DNA of 55,038 bases, from the NCBI GenBank assembly GCA_031411295.1, contig JANOAV010000068.1, forward strand, positions 1 to 55,038, given 5' to 3'. Source of the stretch: Verrucomicrobiales bacterium (GTDB lineage: Bacteria; Verrucomicrobiota; Verrucomicrobiia; Verrucomicrobiales; V1-33). This document shows, in pieces, positions 1 through 9,696 of the stretch; positions within the stretch are counted from its first letter, which is position 1; the number at the start of each line of letters is the position of its first letter. The notes under the pieces were generated by a model. It saw only the letters and a program-made list of their open reading frames with translations. It was not told where the DNA came from and ran no database searches. The position numbers and the translations under genes were made by a program.

Positions 1-686
1 CCAACGGAGCCATCATCAAAAATCACCTGCAGCATGCCGTAATTCTGCTGCTTCACCCCATCGGTCAATCTCGCGCCAATGGCGTGAACCTTGATGGGCT
101 TGGCCTTGGTCATCTGGCACATCACATCAACATAGTGAACACCGCAATCGACGATCGGCGGGAAGCTATCCATCAGCCGCTTGTGCCAGGCCCAGGTCTC
201 GCCATTGGACTGCTGATTGAGGTTCATGCGGAACACCAGCGGTGTGCCGAGTTGGCGCGCAATATCGATAAATTTTATCCATGAGGGATGATGACGCAGG
301 ATATAGCCGATCACCAGTTTCTTTCCATGCTGCTTCGCCAGATCCACAATCAGTTGCGCTTCTGCCACCGTTTCCGCGATCGGCTTCTCCATGAACACAT
401 GGCAACCAGCGGCAAAGGCCATTTGGGCAAATTTTGCATGCGTGTCGGGGTAAGTGTTGATGGAAACCGCATCCGGCTTGGACTCACGAATCGCAGCCTC
501 CACGTCGGAGTATTCCGGGTAAACATTGCCAAACTCCGCGTTGAGTTTCCCCCGGCTCGCTGGCCCCCGGCTCACAAGGCCACAGATTTCGAAGCCAGGA
601 AGTTGATGATAGGCCCGGGCGTGGGAGATGCCCATGTGACCACAGCCGACAACAAGAATGCGAATGGGGCGGATTGGATTGCTCAT
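1..686 (-). CDS. Gfo/Idh/MocA family oxidoreductase (partial, runs off the left edge)
   Basis: Not in the ORF track because it is truncated. Manual minus-strand translation from ATG at 686 gives MSNPIRPIRILVVGCGHMGISHARAY... with a Rossmann GxGxxG motif, 'HVFMEKPIA' (EKP motif) and 'DCGVHYVD'. Confidence 0.9.
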   Translation of the reverse strand, partial: MSNPIRPIRILVVGCGHMGISHARAYHQLPGFEICGLVSRGPASRGKLNAEFGNVYPEYSDVEAAIRESKPDAVSINTYPDTHAKFAQMAFAAGCHVFMEKPIAETVAEAQLIVDLAKQHGKKLVIGYILRHHPSWIKFIDIARQLGTPLVFRMNLNQQSNGETWAWHKRLMDSFPPIVDCGVHYVDVMCQMTKAKPIKVHAIGARLTDGVKQQNYGMLQVIFDDGSV

Positions 687-774
687 AAAGTTAGTAGGGA
701 TGATGATAGATGGATAATTTCGCGGCAGCGTAGCAACTCCCTCGCTGCCGACAAGTTTTCTTCTGCGTGAAATC

Positions 775-1662
775 TTATTTGATGCGCGGCAGCACCTCCG
801 TCTCGATCAACTGGGACATGACCCGCGCGCTGGTGGGGGCCAGATGCACCGTGTCCGTGAAACGCAATGTTTCCTGCCCGGAGCAGTTGCGCAGATCGAA
901 CACGGGGATGTCAAACTCCCGTCCCAGCGTCCGCGCGATCAGGATGGAAGGGGCGAAGCGATCCACCGCCGGCCGATTCCGATCCCCGGGCAACATCACA
1001 AAGGCCAAGCGAACTTTCCGATCTCGCAGCGTGGTGATCGTCCTGCGCGCTTGCGTTAGATACTTCGCCAACTCCTCATCCTGGGCCTCAGGCGCAGCCT
1101 CGGTGGCTGGTAGCGCAGGAAACTGCACCGTCTCCGTCCACGCTACAGCCTCCCCTCCCCCTGTCTCCTGGCCCTTGCGATTGCGCAGGAAATCATAGGC
1201 GACATCCACCGGACGCTCCTTGGCGGCCAGGAAAGGCAGCCAGCGGGTTAGTCGCTGGCGCAGCGGACTTTGCGCCTTGAGCACTTCTTTGAACACCTCC
1301 GCATAAGCTGGTCGCAACGTATTCACCTCCAGACTGATCGCCTGCGGAAACCTCCCCGCATCCACTAACGCCGCGGCGGCCTCCATGCTGCCACAGCCAT
1401 CCAAGCCCAGATTCACCGCAGGAATTTTCGTAAAATACTCCCCCAGCAATTTCCCCGACATACTGGAACCAGCCAACACCAAAGTATCGGCGGTCACTTT
1501 CTCCCGCTCATCCATGCGGGCCAGATTCGTCATTAAGTTGGAACTGCCGAAGGTGGCATGACGACCCGGCCCACTGATGAACACCAGGTGGAGCCCCAGT
1601 AAAATCAAGGCCACCAAGTATTCCGGGCCAGGGCGGAGGATAACGGAGAGGATGGATTTCAT
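775..1662 (-). CDS. SGNH-hydrolase-like protein, probable periplasmic partner (AlgJ/AlgX/DltD-like) of the upstream MBOAT
   Basis: N-terminal TM helix and motifs LAGSSM, NLGLDG and C-terminal DTVH (DxxH). Starts 5 nt after the MBOAT stop codon. Confidence 0.7.
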   Translation of the reverse strand: MKSILSVILRPGPEYLVALILLGLHLVFISGPGRHATFGSSNLMTNLARMDEREKVTADTLVLAGSSMSGKLLGEYFTKIPAVNLGLDGCGSMEAAAALVDAGRFPQAISLEVNTLRPAYAEVFKEVLKAQSPLRQRLTRWLPFLAAKERPVDVAYDFLRNRKGQETGGGEAVAWTETVQFPALPATEAAPEAQDEELAKYLTQARRTITTLRDRKVRLAFVMLPGDRNRPAVDRFAPSILIARTLGREFDIPVFDLRNCSGQETLRFTDTVHLAPTSARVMSQLIETEVLPRIK

Positions 1663-1667
1663 GTCAC

Positions 1668-3149
1668 TTAGAATTGGAAATAAAGAAAATTACTGGCGGC
1701 CCCGGGATTGGTGATGATGAAATACAACATCACCCCATATGCCAACGCTTCCAAGCCCCGCCCTGTGCGACTGGTGGCGAGTTTCTCCCGCCAACCCGGG
1801 CGATAATACCCCCAGCCATGATAGAGTAGAACGGGCAACGAAAAGAGGATGATGGCGTAGGCCAGGCGACCGTTCATCATCTTGCCATACATGCTCCAAC
1901 CATTATGCCATAAGGCGTGCAGGTAATTTTGCAGATGCGCCAGGTCGGGCATTTTGAAGAGTAGCCACAGAAATGAAGTTAGGCTGAAGGTCAGCAGGAT
2001 CCGCCCCCATTTCAAAATGGAGCCATTGCGCACCGATGTCTCCTCGGTATTGGCTCCCAAGGCCCGTTCCAGCATCAACAGCGCGCCATGTCCGGCTCCC
2101 CACCAGGCGAATTTCCAGGCCGCCCCGTGCCACAGTCCGCCGATAAACATCACCAGAAACAAATTCGCATATGTCCGCGCCACGCCCTTGCGGTTTCCTC
2201 CCATCGGGAAATAGAGATAGTCCCGCAACCAATTCGAAAGCGAGATATGCCACCGCCGCCAGAACTCTGTGATGCTGGCCGAGATATAGGGGAAATTGAA
2301 GTTGATCGGCAGGCGATAGCCAAACAATCCTGCCAAACCCAGCGCGATCAATGAATACCCGGCAAAGTCGGCAAAAATCTGCATCGAGAATCCAAACAGC
2401 AGCAGGAGCAAATCCAACTTGGCCATTTCTTCGTTCACACCGCTGAGCAGATTCGTTTGCTCCACCAAGTTATCCGCCACCACCTGCTTCAGGAAATATC
2501 CCACAATTAAATACCGACAGGAGCGTTGCCAGGCGATTTCCTGCGGGTGCCGGGCGCTGATCTGCGGCAGAAATTCCCGCGCTTTCATGATCGGACCGCT
2601 AACCAACTGCGGGAAGAAATTGATGTAGAGCGCCAGTTTCCCCAGCCCGGTCAGCATCGAGCCGCCCGCCAATTCATCGCAAAATGGCCGCAACGATTTC
2701 TCTTTGCCCCCCGCCCGTGACAGGTCCACCAGAAAGCTCACGGCGTGAAACGTGTAGAACGAGATACCAATCGGCAGGGGGATATCCCGCCACCACGGTT
2801 TGGGAGTGATCACCTCCTCTCCCACGATCATATTTCCCACCAGTCCGGCATATTTGAAGACCACGATCAGTCCCAGATTCACCGACAACGCCAGCGCCAT
2901 GAAGCCGCCACTGACCTCCCCTCCCTGGGCCACGCTGCGCGCGATACACCAGCCCGCCCACGCGTTGAAGCCAATACTGAATCCCAGCAAAATGAGAAGC
3001 CGGGGCTCCCCCACCCCATAAAAATACAAACTCGCCACCGCCAGCGCCCCCCATTGCCACACGCCCGGCAAACGCAATGCTCCCGCCGTGTGATACACAG
3101 CCAGCAGGATCAGAACGAAGCAAATAAAGGGAAGTTCGGTAAACGACAT
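1668..3149 (-). CDS. MBOAT family O-acyltransferase (AlgI/DltB-like)
   Basis: Motifs LPIGISFYTF, FFPQLVSGPI, QIFADFAGYS, NFNFPY, FWRRWHISLSNWLRDYLY, GLWHGA and C-terminal FLYFQF. Confidence 0.95.
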   Translation of the reverse strand: MSFTELPFICFVLILLAVYHTAGALRLPGVWQWGALAVASLYFYGVGEPRLLILLGFSIGFNAWAGWCIARSVAQGGEVSGGFMALALSVNLGLIVVFKYAGLVGNMIVGEEVITPKPWWRDIPLPIGISFYTFHAVSFLVDLSRAGGKEKSLRPFCDELAGGSMLTGLGKLALYINFFPQLVSGPIMKAREFLPQISARHPQEIAWQRSCRYLIVGYFLKQVVADNLVEQTNLLSGVNEEMAKLDLLLLLFGFSMQIFADFAGYSLIALGLAGLFGYRLPINFNFPYISASITEFWRRWHISLSNWLRDYLYFPMGGNRKGVARTYANLFLVMFIGGLWHGAAWKFAWWGAGHGALLMLERALGANTEETSVRNGSILKWGRILLTFSLTSFLWLLFKMPDLAHLQNYLHALWHNGWSMYGKMMNGRLAYAIILFSLPVLLYHGWGYYRPGWREKLATSRTGRGLEALAYGVMLYFIITNPGAASNFLYFQF

Positions 3150-3231
3150 GTCAGCGCGATTATGCCGTGACCAGCAACTGAGGCAACGGTCATTTTCAGA
3201 CCAACAAGTCTTTCACCTGTTCAACCACCAG

Positions 3232-4476
3232 CTAACTTCCACCCAGCAGGGCTTCCGGGGTTAAATTTTCCGGCAAATATCCCAAGGCATTCACCAGATA
3301 GTAAACTCCCGCCAGTGCTACGAAAATAGACCCCAAGCGCAAAGCACGCGCGGAGAAGATTTCCCCGCCCTTTTCCCGTCCCCAGGTCATCGCCAGGCTG
3401 AGTGGACCCACAATACACAAGTGACCAATCTCCACGCCCACGCAGAACGCCACCACTGCCAGCGCAATGAGTCCCACGCTGAATCCCTGTAAATTTTCCA
3501 CCAGTGCCCCGGCCAAGCCCAGACCATGCACCAAGCCAAACGCAAACGTCCACAAGTAGCGCCAGCGACTGCGGGCCTGCTGCGGAGCCAGAATATTCTC
3601 CAGCGCCACAAACACGATGCTGCCAGCAATCAACGGCTCCACGATCCGCTGCGGCACGTAAACCAACTGATAAGCACTCAGACTCACGGTGATACTATGC
3701 GCCAGCGTGAACAGCCCGATGATCTTGAATACATCCCAGAAACTCCGCAAGGCCAACACCAGTGCGGCTGCAAAGAGCAGGTGATCATATCCGGTCAGCA
3801 CATGATGAATTCCCCCGCGCATGAACTCCCGAGCGCTCGACCAAATGCTGCGGGGTGCAGGTGCAGAGGCCGCGGTTGCTTCGGTCACAGGGGGCGCGAA
3901 GTCTGTGGCCACATCAAACGTGCCCTGCGCTGGCAGCATCCCAAAATCCTTGGCCGGCTGCCCGGCCCGGCCAATGCGCGGCACGTAACTGAAGTTGAAG
4001 GGCGTGCCGGGCATGTAACTAAACTCCGCCATCATATTCTGCGTCAGCGTGATCCGCTGCGGCGGACTGGCACAAGGATAACGCAGATGGAAGGTGAAGT
4101 GAATCCGGTCTGGCGTATCGTTGGCCGAGGGTGCCACTTCATTTTTATCCACCGGAGTGGGCAACCATGAGACTGGTGGCTCTACTTTTACCAGTTCCCC
4201 GGTCGCTTCCTGATTATCCACGCTGAGACGAAAATGCGTTTTGAAATAATCCCAATGTTTCGGGGCGGATTCTGTTAGTTGATCCTGATCCAACGGAGTC
4301 GCGGCCTCAAATGGCAACCCGGCCGCAGTGCAGATCTCCTTGGCCGAAACATGCACTCGCACCGTAATCTCCTGCTCCGTGTATTCCACCCAGAGCGGAT
4401 TTTGAAAAATGGAATGCGCCTTACTGCGGAAAGTCAGCAGCAGAAATAAAAGCAACAAATACAGACGGGACCTCAT
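3232..4476 (-). CDS. HupE/UreJ family membrane protein with N-terminal periplasmic domain
   Basis: Signal peptide ending 'KAH', then motifs GIHHVLTGYDHLLF, FTLAHSIT, FGLVHGLG and GVEIGH. Confidence 0.9.
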   Translation of the reverse strand: MRSRLYLLLLFLLLTFRSKAHSIFQNPLWVEYTEQEITVRVHVSAKEICTAAGLPFEAATPLDQDQLTESAPKHWDYFKTHFRLSVDNQEATGELVKVEPPVSWLPTPVDKNEVAPSANDTPDRIHFTFHLRYPCASPPQRITLTQNMMAEFSYMPGTPFNFSYVPRIGRAGQPAKDFGMLPAQGTFDVATDFAPPVTEATAASAPAPRSIWSSAREFMRGGIHHVLTGYDHLLFAAALVLALRSFWDVFKIIGLFTLAHSITVSLSAYQLVYVPQRIVEPLIAGSIVFVALENILAPQQARSRWRYLWTFAFGLVHGLGLAGALVENLQGFSVGLIALAVVAFCVGVEIGHLCIVGPLSLAMTWGREKGGEIFSARALRLGSIFVALAGVYYLVNALGYLPENLTPEALLGGS

Positions 4477-4543
4477 ACCGCACTAGGCCTTGCTCATGAT
4501 CTGGAAGCAAACGAAATCCATCCCCCACCCAACCCGGTTTGCG

Positions 4544-6772
4544 TTAAGGTGTCGTCCGCACAATGCGGTAAAATTTCTGCGTCGGATTGGCGTTCGTATC
4601 CGTCCAGGTGCCGTTCGTGTCGTAGGCCACGGTGGCGGTGGTGGCGTCCGTCCAAGATGCCAGATTGCTTGAGGTTTGCACCTTGTGCATCATGCCGCGC
4701 GTTGCCGTCCAGGTCAGCGTAGCCGTGTTGGGGCCAACCACAGCAACATTCGGGCGCATCGACTCCTGGGTAATGGTGCCAGTCCAGTATTTCTCCGCCA
4801 GCGCAAACGCCGTTTTGCCAGCGGTGGAGCCAATCACGCGACCATGATAGTCGTCCTCGGAAACGTGGATGCCTCCGAAGCGGCGGGACTGCCCAGCTTG
4901 ATCTGCGGCATCATAGTAGGAACGCCATTGCAGGGTCACTGGAGCACTGGGTCCCAGATCAATCTGGAGGGAGTTCGCTGCGATGGTATGCTGATGGAGC
5001 CCACCAGGGAAATCATTGCTTCCGGTGAACAACGCCAGCGCCTCTGCGGCGGCACGAGAGAAAGTGCTATGTCCCGAGACATAGCCGGGAAATGCTGGCG
5101 TGTTGAAAGTCTTGCGCTGGAACGGCAGCCAGTGTTTGCCGAGAACCCAACGAACCGGGCTCGCATGGGTGGCGGGCAGCCCGCTGGTTGCCGGGGGATT
5201 GTCCTTGTGCTCCCCGTTCCAGACCCGCACCGCAATCTCTCCCACATGGCCGGCACCAGGATCCTCTTGGCCATATTCCAGATCCCACAGTAAATAATGT
5301 TTCCCACCAAAGTCAGCAGTTTCATCCGTAATCACTTCGCAAACGCCATCTTCCAGCGGGATCCCATACGGACTGTAACTATTAGTTAGATCCGGGCGCG
5401 ACGACTGCCCCTGGGTGCAGAGCCAGCGGATCAGGGTGATGGGACGGGTGCCGGAGTAGTAGCGTTTCAATGACCACGCACAACACGCTGCATCATGCAC
5501 CGCTCCAGCAAGGCAGAAATACATCTTCACGTCCCACTCCAGATCATCCACTGCAGTGCCGACTCCCCGGATCAATTTCTGCCCTGCGGTTAGTTCATCC
5601 GTCACCTCGTTAGCCAGCACATGCCAGTGCCCTGGAGGAGTCTCAGAATGAGGGCCGTCCGCCCAAAATTCAGCGAGACACCGCGTGTAGTCGCCAATTT
5701 TTACAACGTTAGGGGCATACGGGGCGTTGGTGGAGGGATTTAATGGATGCCCCGTCCCAGTATCTGCTCCCAGCGGATTATTCCCCACCGCGCCTGGGGA
5801 AATGTCCTTGGTGCTCGTCGAATTAAGCACCGAGCCATCTCGGATCACCGCCAACGCTTGCTGCTTGAAACTGGCATCCGAGAGGCTGGCGGCTGCAGGG
5901 GTAGATACCTTGGAAGGTCCGTTAAACGGATCCAGCCAAGGCTTCAAGGGGTCTACTCGCGTTAGACTAAACGGCACTGTCGCCAAACTCTGCACCCCCA
6001 CGAAGCCCTGTTTTCCCGCCTGTGAGATATTTCCGCCTTGATCCACGCTGGTCGCCAGATCAAGCGGTTGCCAAAAGTTAGGATTAGTTCCGACTGGAAC
6101 CCCGAAGCCGAGCGGTTGATCTGCCGCAAACAACCGATTCGTCCCCTCAACGCTCATCGGCAAATCCCAGTTAGGATTAACGGCTGCTCCATAGGCTTGC
6201 GGATAAGCAGTTTGGGAAAAACCATCGCTCGCCCCCCAGTTGAGAATCGCTTGGGCGATCCGTTTGCCCACTTCGGCTGGGGCTGTGCTCGCAGTAACGG
6301 CGGCCTGGGCCGTGGCCGTGGCTCCCCCACCATAAAGATTGCCCAGCAGCGTATCAATGGCTGGACTGGTAAAGTTAACCCAACCAGCATAATTCGCGTT
6401 AGTGACATCGGTCACCCGAAACCGGGTTCGAATCACGCGGTAGGCCGCATAGCTGATGGCCTCATCCCGGGCCGCGGCAATGTTCCCAGGGAGCGGGCTG
6501 ATTTTCTCATTGGTCACGTAGCCCACGGCCACCCCATCGTAGGCCGCCCAACTGTCATACATCGCCACCGCCACGTGAAACAAATTGCGGGCATGGGCCG
6601 GAGGATTTGGCGAGTTCTTACGAATGGCGTTGAGCAGCGCCTCATTCCACTGCCTCGCCACACTGTTACTGGCCTGCGCGGGCATCAGGCTGCCGCCAAG
6701 CAGAACCAACAGCAACGTCAATAGGCGGATTGGGGAGACGCTGTGAACGAGGGGACGATGAGAAGCGAACAT
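4544..6772 (-). CDS. Secreted vanadium-dependent haloperoxidase-like (PAP2 superfamily) protein
   Basis: Signal peptide and active-site motifs K-x6-RP (LKRYYSGTRP), PGYVSGHSTF and SRRFGGIH. Start placed at ATG 6772 (the ORF track extends to 6853). Confidence 0.85.
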   Translation of the reverse strand: MFASHRPLVHSVSPIRLLTLLLVLLGGSLMPAQASNSVARQWNEALLNAIRKNSPNPPAHARNLFHVAVAMYDSWAAYDGVAVGYVTNEKISPLPGNIAAARDEAISYAAYRVIRTRFRVTDVTNANYAGWVNFTSPAIDTLLGNLYGGGATATAQAAVTASTAPAEVGKRIAQAILNWGASDGFSQTAYPQAYGAAVNPNWDLPMSVEGTNRLFAADQPLGFGVPVGTNPNFWQPLDLATSVDQGGNISQAGKQGFVGVQSLATVPFSLTRVDPLKPWLDPFNGPSKVSTPAAASLSDASFKQQALAVIRDGSVLNSTSTKDISPGAVGNNPLGADTGTGHPLNPSTNAPYAPNVVKIGDYTRCLAEFWADGPHSETPPGHWHVLANEVTDELTAGQKLIRGVGTAVDDLEWDVKMYFCLAGAVHDAACCAWSLKRYYSGTRPITLIRWLCTQGQSSRPDLTNSYSPYGIPLEDGVCEVITDETADFGGKHYLLWDLEYGQEDPGAGHVGEIAVRVWNGEHKDNPPATSGLPATHASPVRWVLGKHWLPFQRKTFNTPAFPGYVSGHSTFSRAAAEALALFTGSNDFPGGLHQHTIAANSLQIDLGPSAPVTLQWRSYYDAADQAGQSRRFGGIHVSEDDYHGRVIGSTAGKTAFALAEKYWTGTITQESMRPNVAVVGPNTATLTWTATRGMMHKVQTSSNLASWTDATTATVAYDTNGTWTDTNANPTQKFYRIVRTTP

Positions 6773-6961
6773 ATAAAGAAGGGGAAGGAGATTGGGGATT
6801 TTCGTGCCGGTTTTTGAGCAGCACATGAACGGATTTTCACCACCGCCCTCCATCTTGCCACCTAAAAGCCATAAAGCGGCTTATTCGCTATGCGAACGGC
6901 CCTTTTAGTATGGCGAGAGCCCTCCAGCGCGGACGCATTTTCCGGTCAAGATGAGGCTTCG

Positions 6962-8335
6962 TCATCGCCAGGCGCGCCGCATTCCTCGCCATGCCCGGCG
7001 GCAACACACCCACGCTAGGCTCCAAACTAGGGCCGGCACCAACCAAGCGAAGATCGTCATCCCGCCCGCCGCTCCCGCAGCTACCACCGCATGGCCCTCA
7101 GCAGGTTGGCGTGTCAGCGAAAAGAGTAAACTAGCCTCGCCTGTGAGCGGTGCATGGACTCCATGCGATGCCATGCGGGGCAGCGGCAAACCAAATCCTG
7201 CCAAAGGGAAACAAACGCCCACCGTTTGAGCCGCCAACGGCCACGCATGATCGAACCGGCCATACGCGCGGGACGCGCCCATCCCGAAAACACTAGCCGA
7301 AGTCCCCAAGCCACCGATTACCGGCCCCGCATCGATATTCCCCCCGAACCATGGCTCCTCCCGCGCGGAACCGTTCGGGCTTTCGCGCCACCCTGCGATC
7401 CATGCCGAGCGACTCCAAAACCGCTCCTGCCAGCGGCTATACCAAGCAGTGGTCACCTCCGGGCGCCACACATCTGGTCCATTCAGGAGAAACCAAGCCG
7501 TGGTGCAGCCGGTCGCGGCATTCGATCTCCCGCTCACCCAATCGCCTGTGAAGCCTGGCAACTGCAAGTTAGGATCCAACCGCTCCGGAGCAAACGCCCG
7601 TTCCATTTGCCTCACAAATGGCGCGTGATCCGTTCCCAGAACTCGATCCGCCCTGCGAATGGCTGCGATGGTGGCCGCCACATCCGCAGGATAACATTCC
7701 CCAGGATAGTCCGGCAACCAACCGTGAGGCGCAGCCGAGAGTTCTGCCGCCAGCGATTCCACCTGGTCTTGCAGAAACCCACGATGCGTCCTATCACCCG
7801 TGAGGCGCGCATGCTCCGTCAGGATTGTCACCACCAGAAATCGATAGAAGATATTCTGCTTCGTCAGATAAAATTCATCGCCCCACATCTTGCGCACCCA
7901 CAAAGCCTGACGCGCATCCCGCGCCAACCCCGCCGCTGCTGCAAGAGCCGCCCGCGCCCGCGCCGCCGGGGATACCCGCCCCGACTGCGCGCCCCCTTCT
8001 GCCTCCCAACCATCCTGCAATGCGGACATCCCCCGCATATAAAATGCCGTGCTAAACAACGGCCATTCGGTAGCCGCAATTTCCTGCGCCGAATCCTCCA
8101 CTTGAGCCTCCGGACGCAGCCGATCCTCCGCCCAGTCCGCAAACCGATCACTCAACCCCGGATACACGTCCCAAGCCAGACGCGGAATCCCCGGTTGACG
8201 CAATGCCGGATCCGTCAGCCACCAAGCCATCTTCCACGACGGCCACACACAGCCATACAGACAAAACGCGCACCATAGCAACGCCCCGCAGCGCGCCCAG
8301 CTGAAAAATCGAAACGGAGAAACAATTTGGTTCAT
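6962..8335 (-). CDS. Membrane-anchored linalool dehydratase/isomerase-like (alpha/alpha barrel) protein
   Basis: N- and C-terminal TM segments, with motifs EWPLFS, DYPGECYPAD and DAGPVIGG recalled from this family. Function is not established. Confidence 0.5.
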   Translation of the reverse strand: MNQIVSPFRFFSWARCGALLWCAFCLYGCVWPSWKMAWWLTDPALRQPGIPRLAWDVYPGLSDRFADWAEDRLRPEAQVEDSAQEIAATEWPLFSTAFYMRGMSALQDGWEAEGGAQSGRVSPAARARAALAAAAGLARDARQALWVRKMWGDEFYLTKQNIFYRFLVVTILTEHARLTGDRTHRGFLQDQVESLAAELSAAPHGWLPDYPGECYPADVAATIAAIRRADRVLGTDHAPFVRQMERAFAPERLDPNLQLPGFTGDWVSGRSNAATGCTTAWFLLNGPDVWRPEVTTAWYSRWQERFWSRSAWIAGWRESPNGSAREEPWFGGNIDAGPVIGGLGTSASVFGMGASRAYGRFDHAWPLAAQTVGVCFPLAGFGLPLPRMASHGVHAPLTGEASLLFSLTRQPAEGHAVVAAGAAGGMTIFAWLVPALVWSLAWVCCRRAWRGMRRAWR

Positions 8336-8343
8336 AGATTATA

Positions 8344-8358
8344 CTTTGTGACACAAAG
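8344..8358. promoter_or_regulatory. Perfect palindrome, candidate operator
   Basis: CTTTGTG-A-CACAAAG, 8 nt upstream of ATG 8335. On the minus strand it lies between TTGCAC (8364-8369) and TATAAT (8338-8343). Confidence 0.45.
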
Positions 8359-8404
8359 CGTCTGTGCAAGTTCAAAAATAACGCCATGAGTGCCCCCGCG
8401 ATGA

Positions 8405-9454
8405 TTAACGCAGGACCCGGCCCGCCATGCCTCCAGCCATGAGATCGCTGATTTCCTCTCGCGTGCTGAAATTGAAATCGCCCTCAATGGAATGAGCCAG
8501 GCATCCGGCCGCGGTCGCAAATTGAATGGCCATCGATGGATCCTGCAGCTCGGGAGTCGTGAGCGCAAAGAGCAGGCCAGCCGTGAAGGCATCGCCAGCG
8601 CCCAAGCGATCCACCACGTGGGCGATGGCATAGTGCACGGCCTGCTTGGGTGCATGATGAATTTCGTTGCGCGCGTGCTCATAGAGCAGGCCGCCGAAAT
8701 TTTGGTGGGTGGCGGAGCTACCGTCGCGCAGTGTCAACGCTACTCGCTGCAGGCGGGGGAATCGCTCTACGAGCAAGCGCGCCAACGCTTCCGGCGGAGT
8801 GGAATCACTCACGTGAAGCAGCGCGATCAAATCCTCCATGCCACCGACGAATAAGTCCACTGAGGGCAGCAGCTCGCGCATGGTGCGCATCGCTAGTTCT
8901 CGGGGAGCTTGCGTTGGATCCCATTGCCAGAGTTTGCTGCGGTAATTCATGTCCAGCGCCACCTGCAGTCCTCGATGCGTGGCGGCCTGCAGCGCGCTGC
9001 GAGTCACCGTCGCGGCATTTTGCGAGAGAGCCGGCGTGATCCCGGAAATGACGAACCACTCCGCGCCTGACAGGATGGCATCCCAATCGTAAGCCTCGGG
9101 CGGAGTGATGGCAATGGAAGCCCCCTCCCGATCATAAATTACATTTCCTGGTCGTTGGTTCACTCCGGACTCCACGAAATACAGCCCCAAGCGTCCTTCG
9201 TCAGTTCGCAAAATATGACTGGTGTCCACTCCCAGGGACCGCAAGTTCGCGATACAGGCATCCGCCACAGCATGTTTCGGCAAAGCCGTCACCAATGCTG
9301 CCTCCCCGCCCAGATAAGCGATGGAAGCAGCAATCGAGGCCTCGGCTCCAGCAAACGTTACCTTCAGCATTCCCGGCATTGCCTGCTGGAAGCGCTGATA
9401 GCCGGGCGTCATTAACCGCCCCATGATCTCACCGAAAGTTACTATGCGGCTCAT
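8405..9454 (-). CDS. kdgK: PfkB family sugar kinase (2-keto-3-deoxygluconate kinase-like)
   Basis: Motifs FGEIMGRL, AGAEAS, RLGLYF, SGITPA, DMNYRSKLW and VDRLGAGDAF. Confidence 0.85.
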   Translation of the reverse strand: MSRIVTFGEIMGRLMTPGYQRFQQAMPGMLKVTFAGAEASIAASIAYLGGEAALVTALPKHAVADACIANLRSLGVDTSHILRTDEGRLGLYFVESGVNQRPGNVIYDREGASIAITPPEAYDWDAILSGAEWFVISGITPALSQNAATVTRSALQAATHRGLQVALDMNYRSKLWQWDPTQAPRELAMRTMRELLPSVDLFVGGMEDLIALLHVSDSTPPEALARLLVERFPRLQRVALTLRDGSSATHQNFGGLLYEHARNEIHHAPKQAVHYAIAHVVDRLGAGDAFTAGLLFALTTPELQDPSMAIQFATAAGCLAHSIEGDFNFSTREEISDLMAGGMAGRVLR

Positions 9455-9696
9455 CCTCCACCAAGACCAGCATTGGCCGAAAATGCAACCGGGCGCGGGG
9501 CGTAAAAAGAATCCAGAAAGTAGTCATCATCGCTCCGCGTGATGACCTGCACGACTCTTCCCGCCCCAGCTCATAGCAAATGCAGTTTGAGCCCACCTCC
9601 GCCATCGGACGGTTCATGACTCCGCGCCTTTGCCACAAAACTCATTGGCAACCGGAGGCCTTGGTGCTAATCCAAGCATTCAACTCTAAATCCACC

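Noticed and set aside
288..770. 160-aa plus-strand ORF
   Set aside because: Antisense shadow of the Gfo/Idh/MocA oxidoreductase, whose motifs are clear on the minus strand.
7154..8278. 374-aa plus-strand ORF
   Set aside because: Arg/Pro-rich shadow of the minus-strand gene 6962-8335, with no recognisable motifs.
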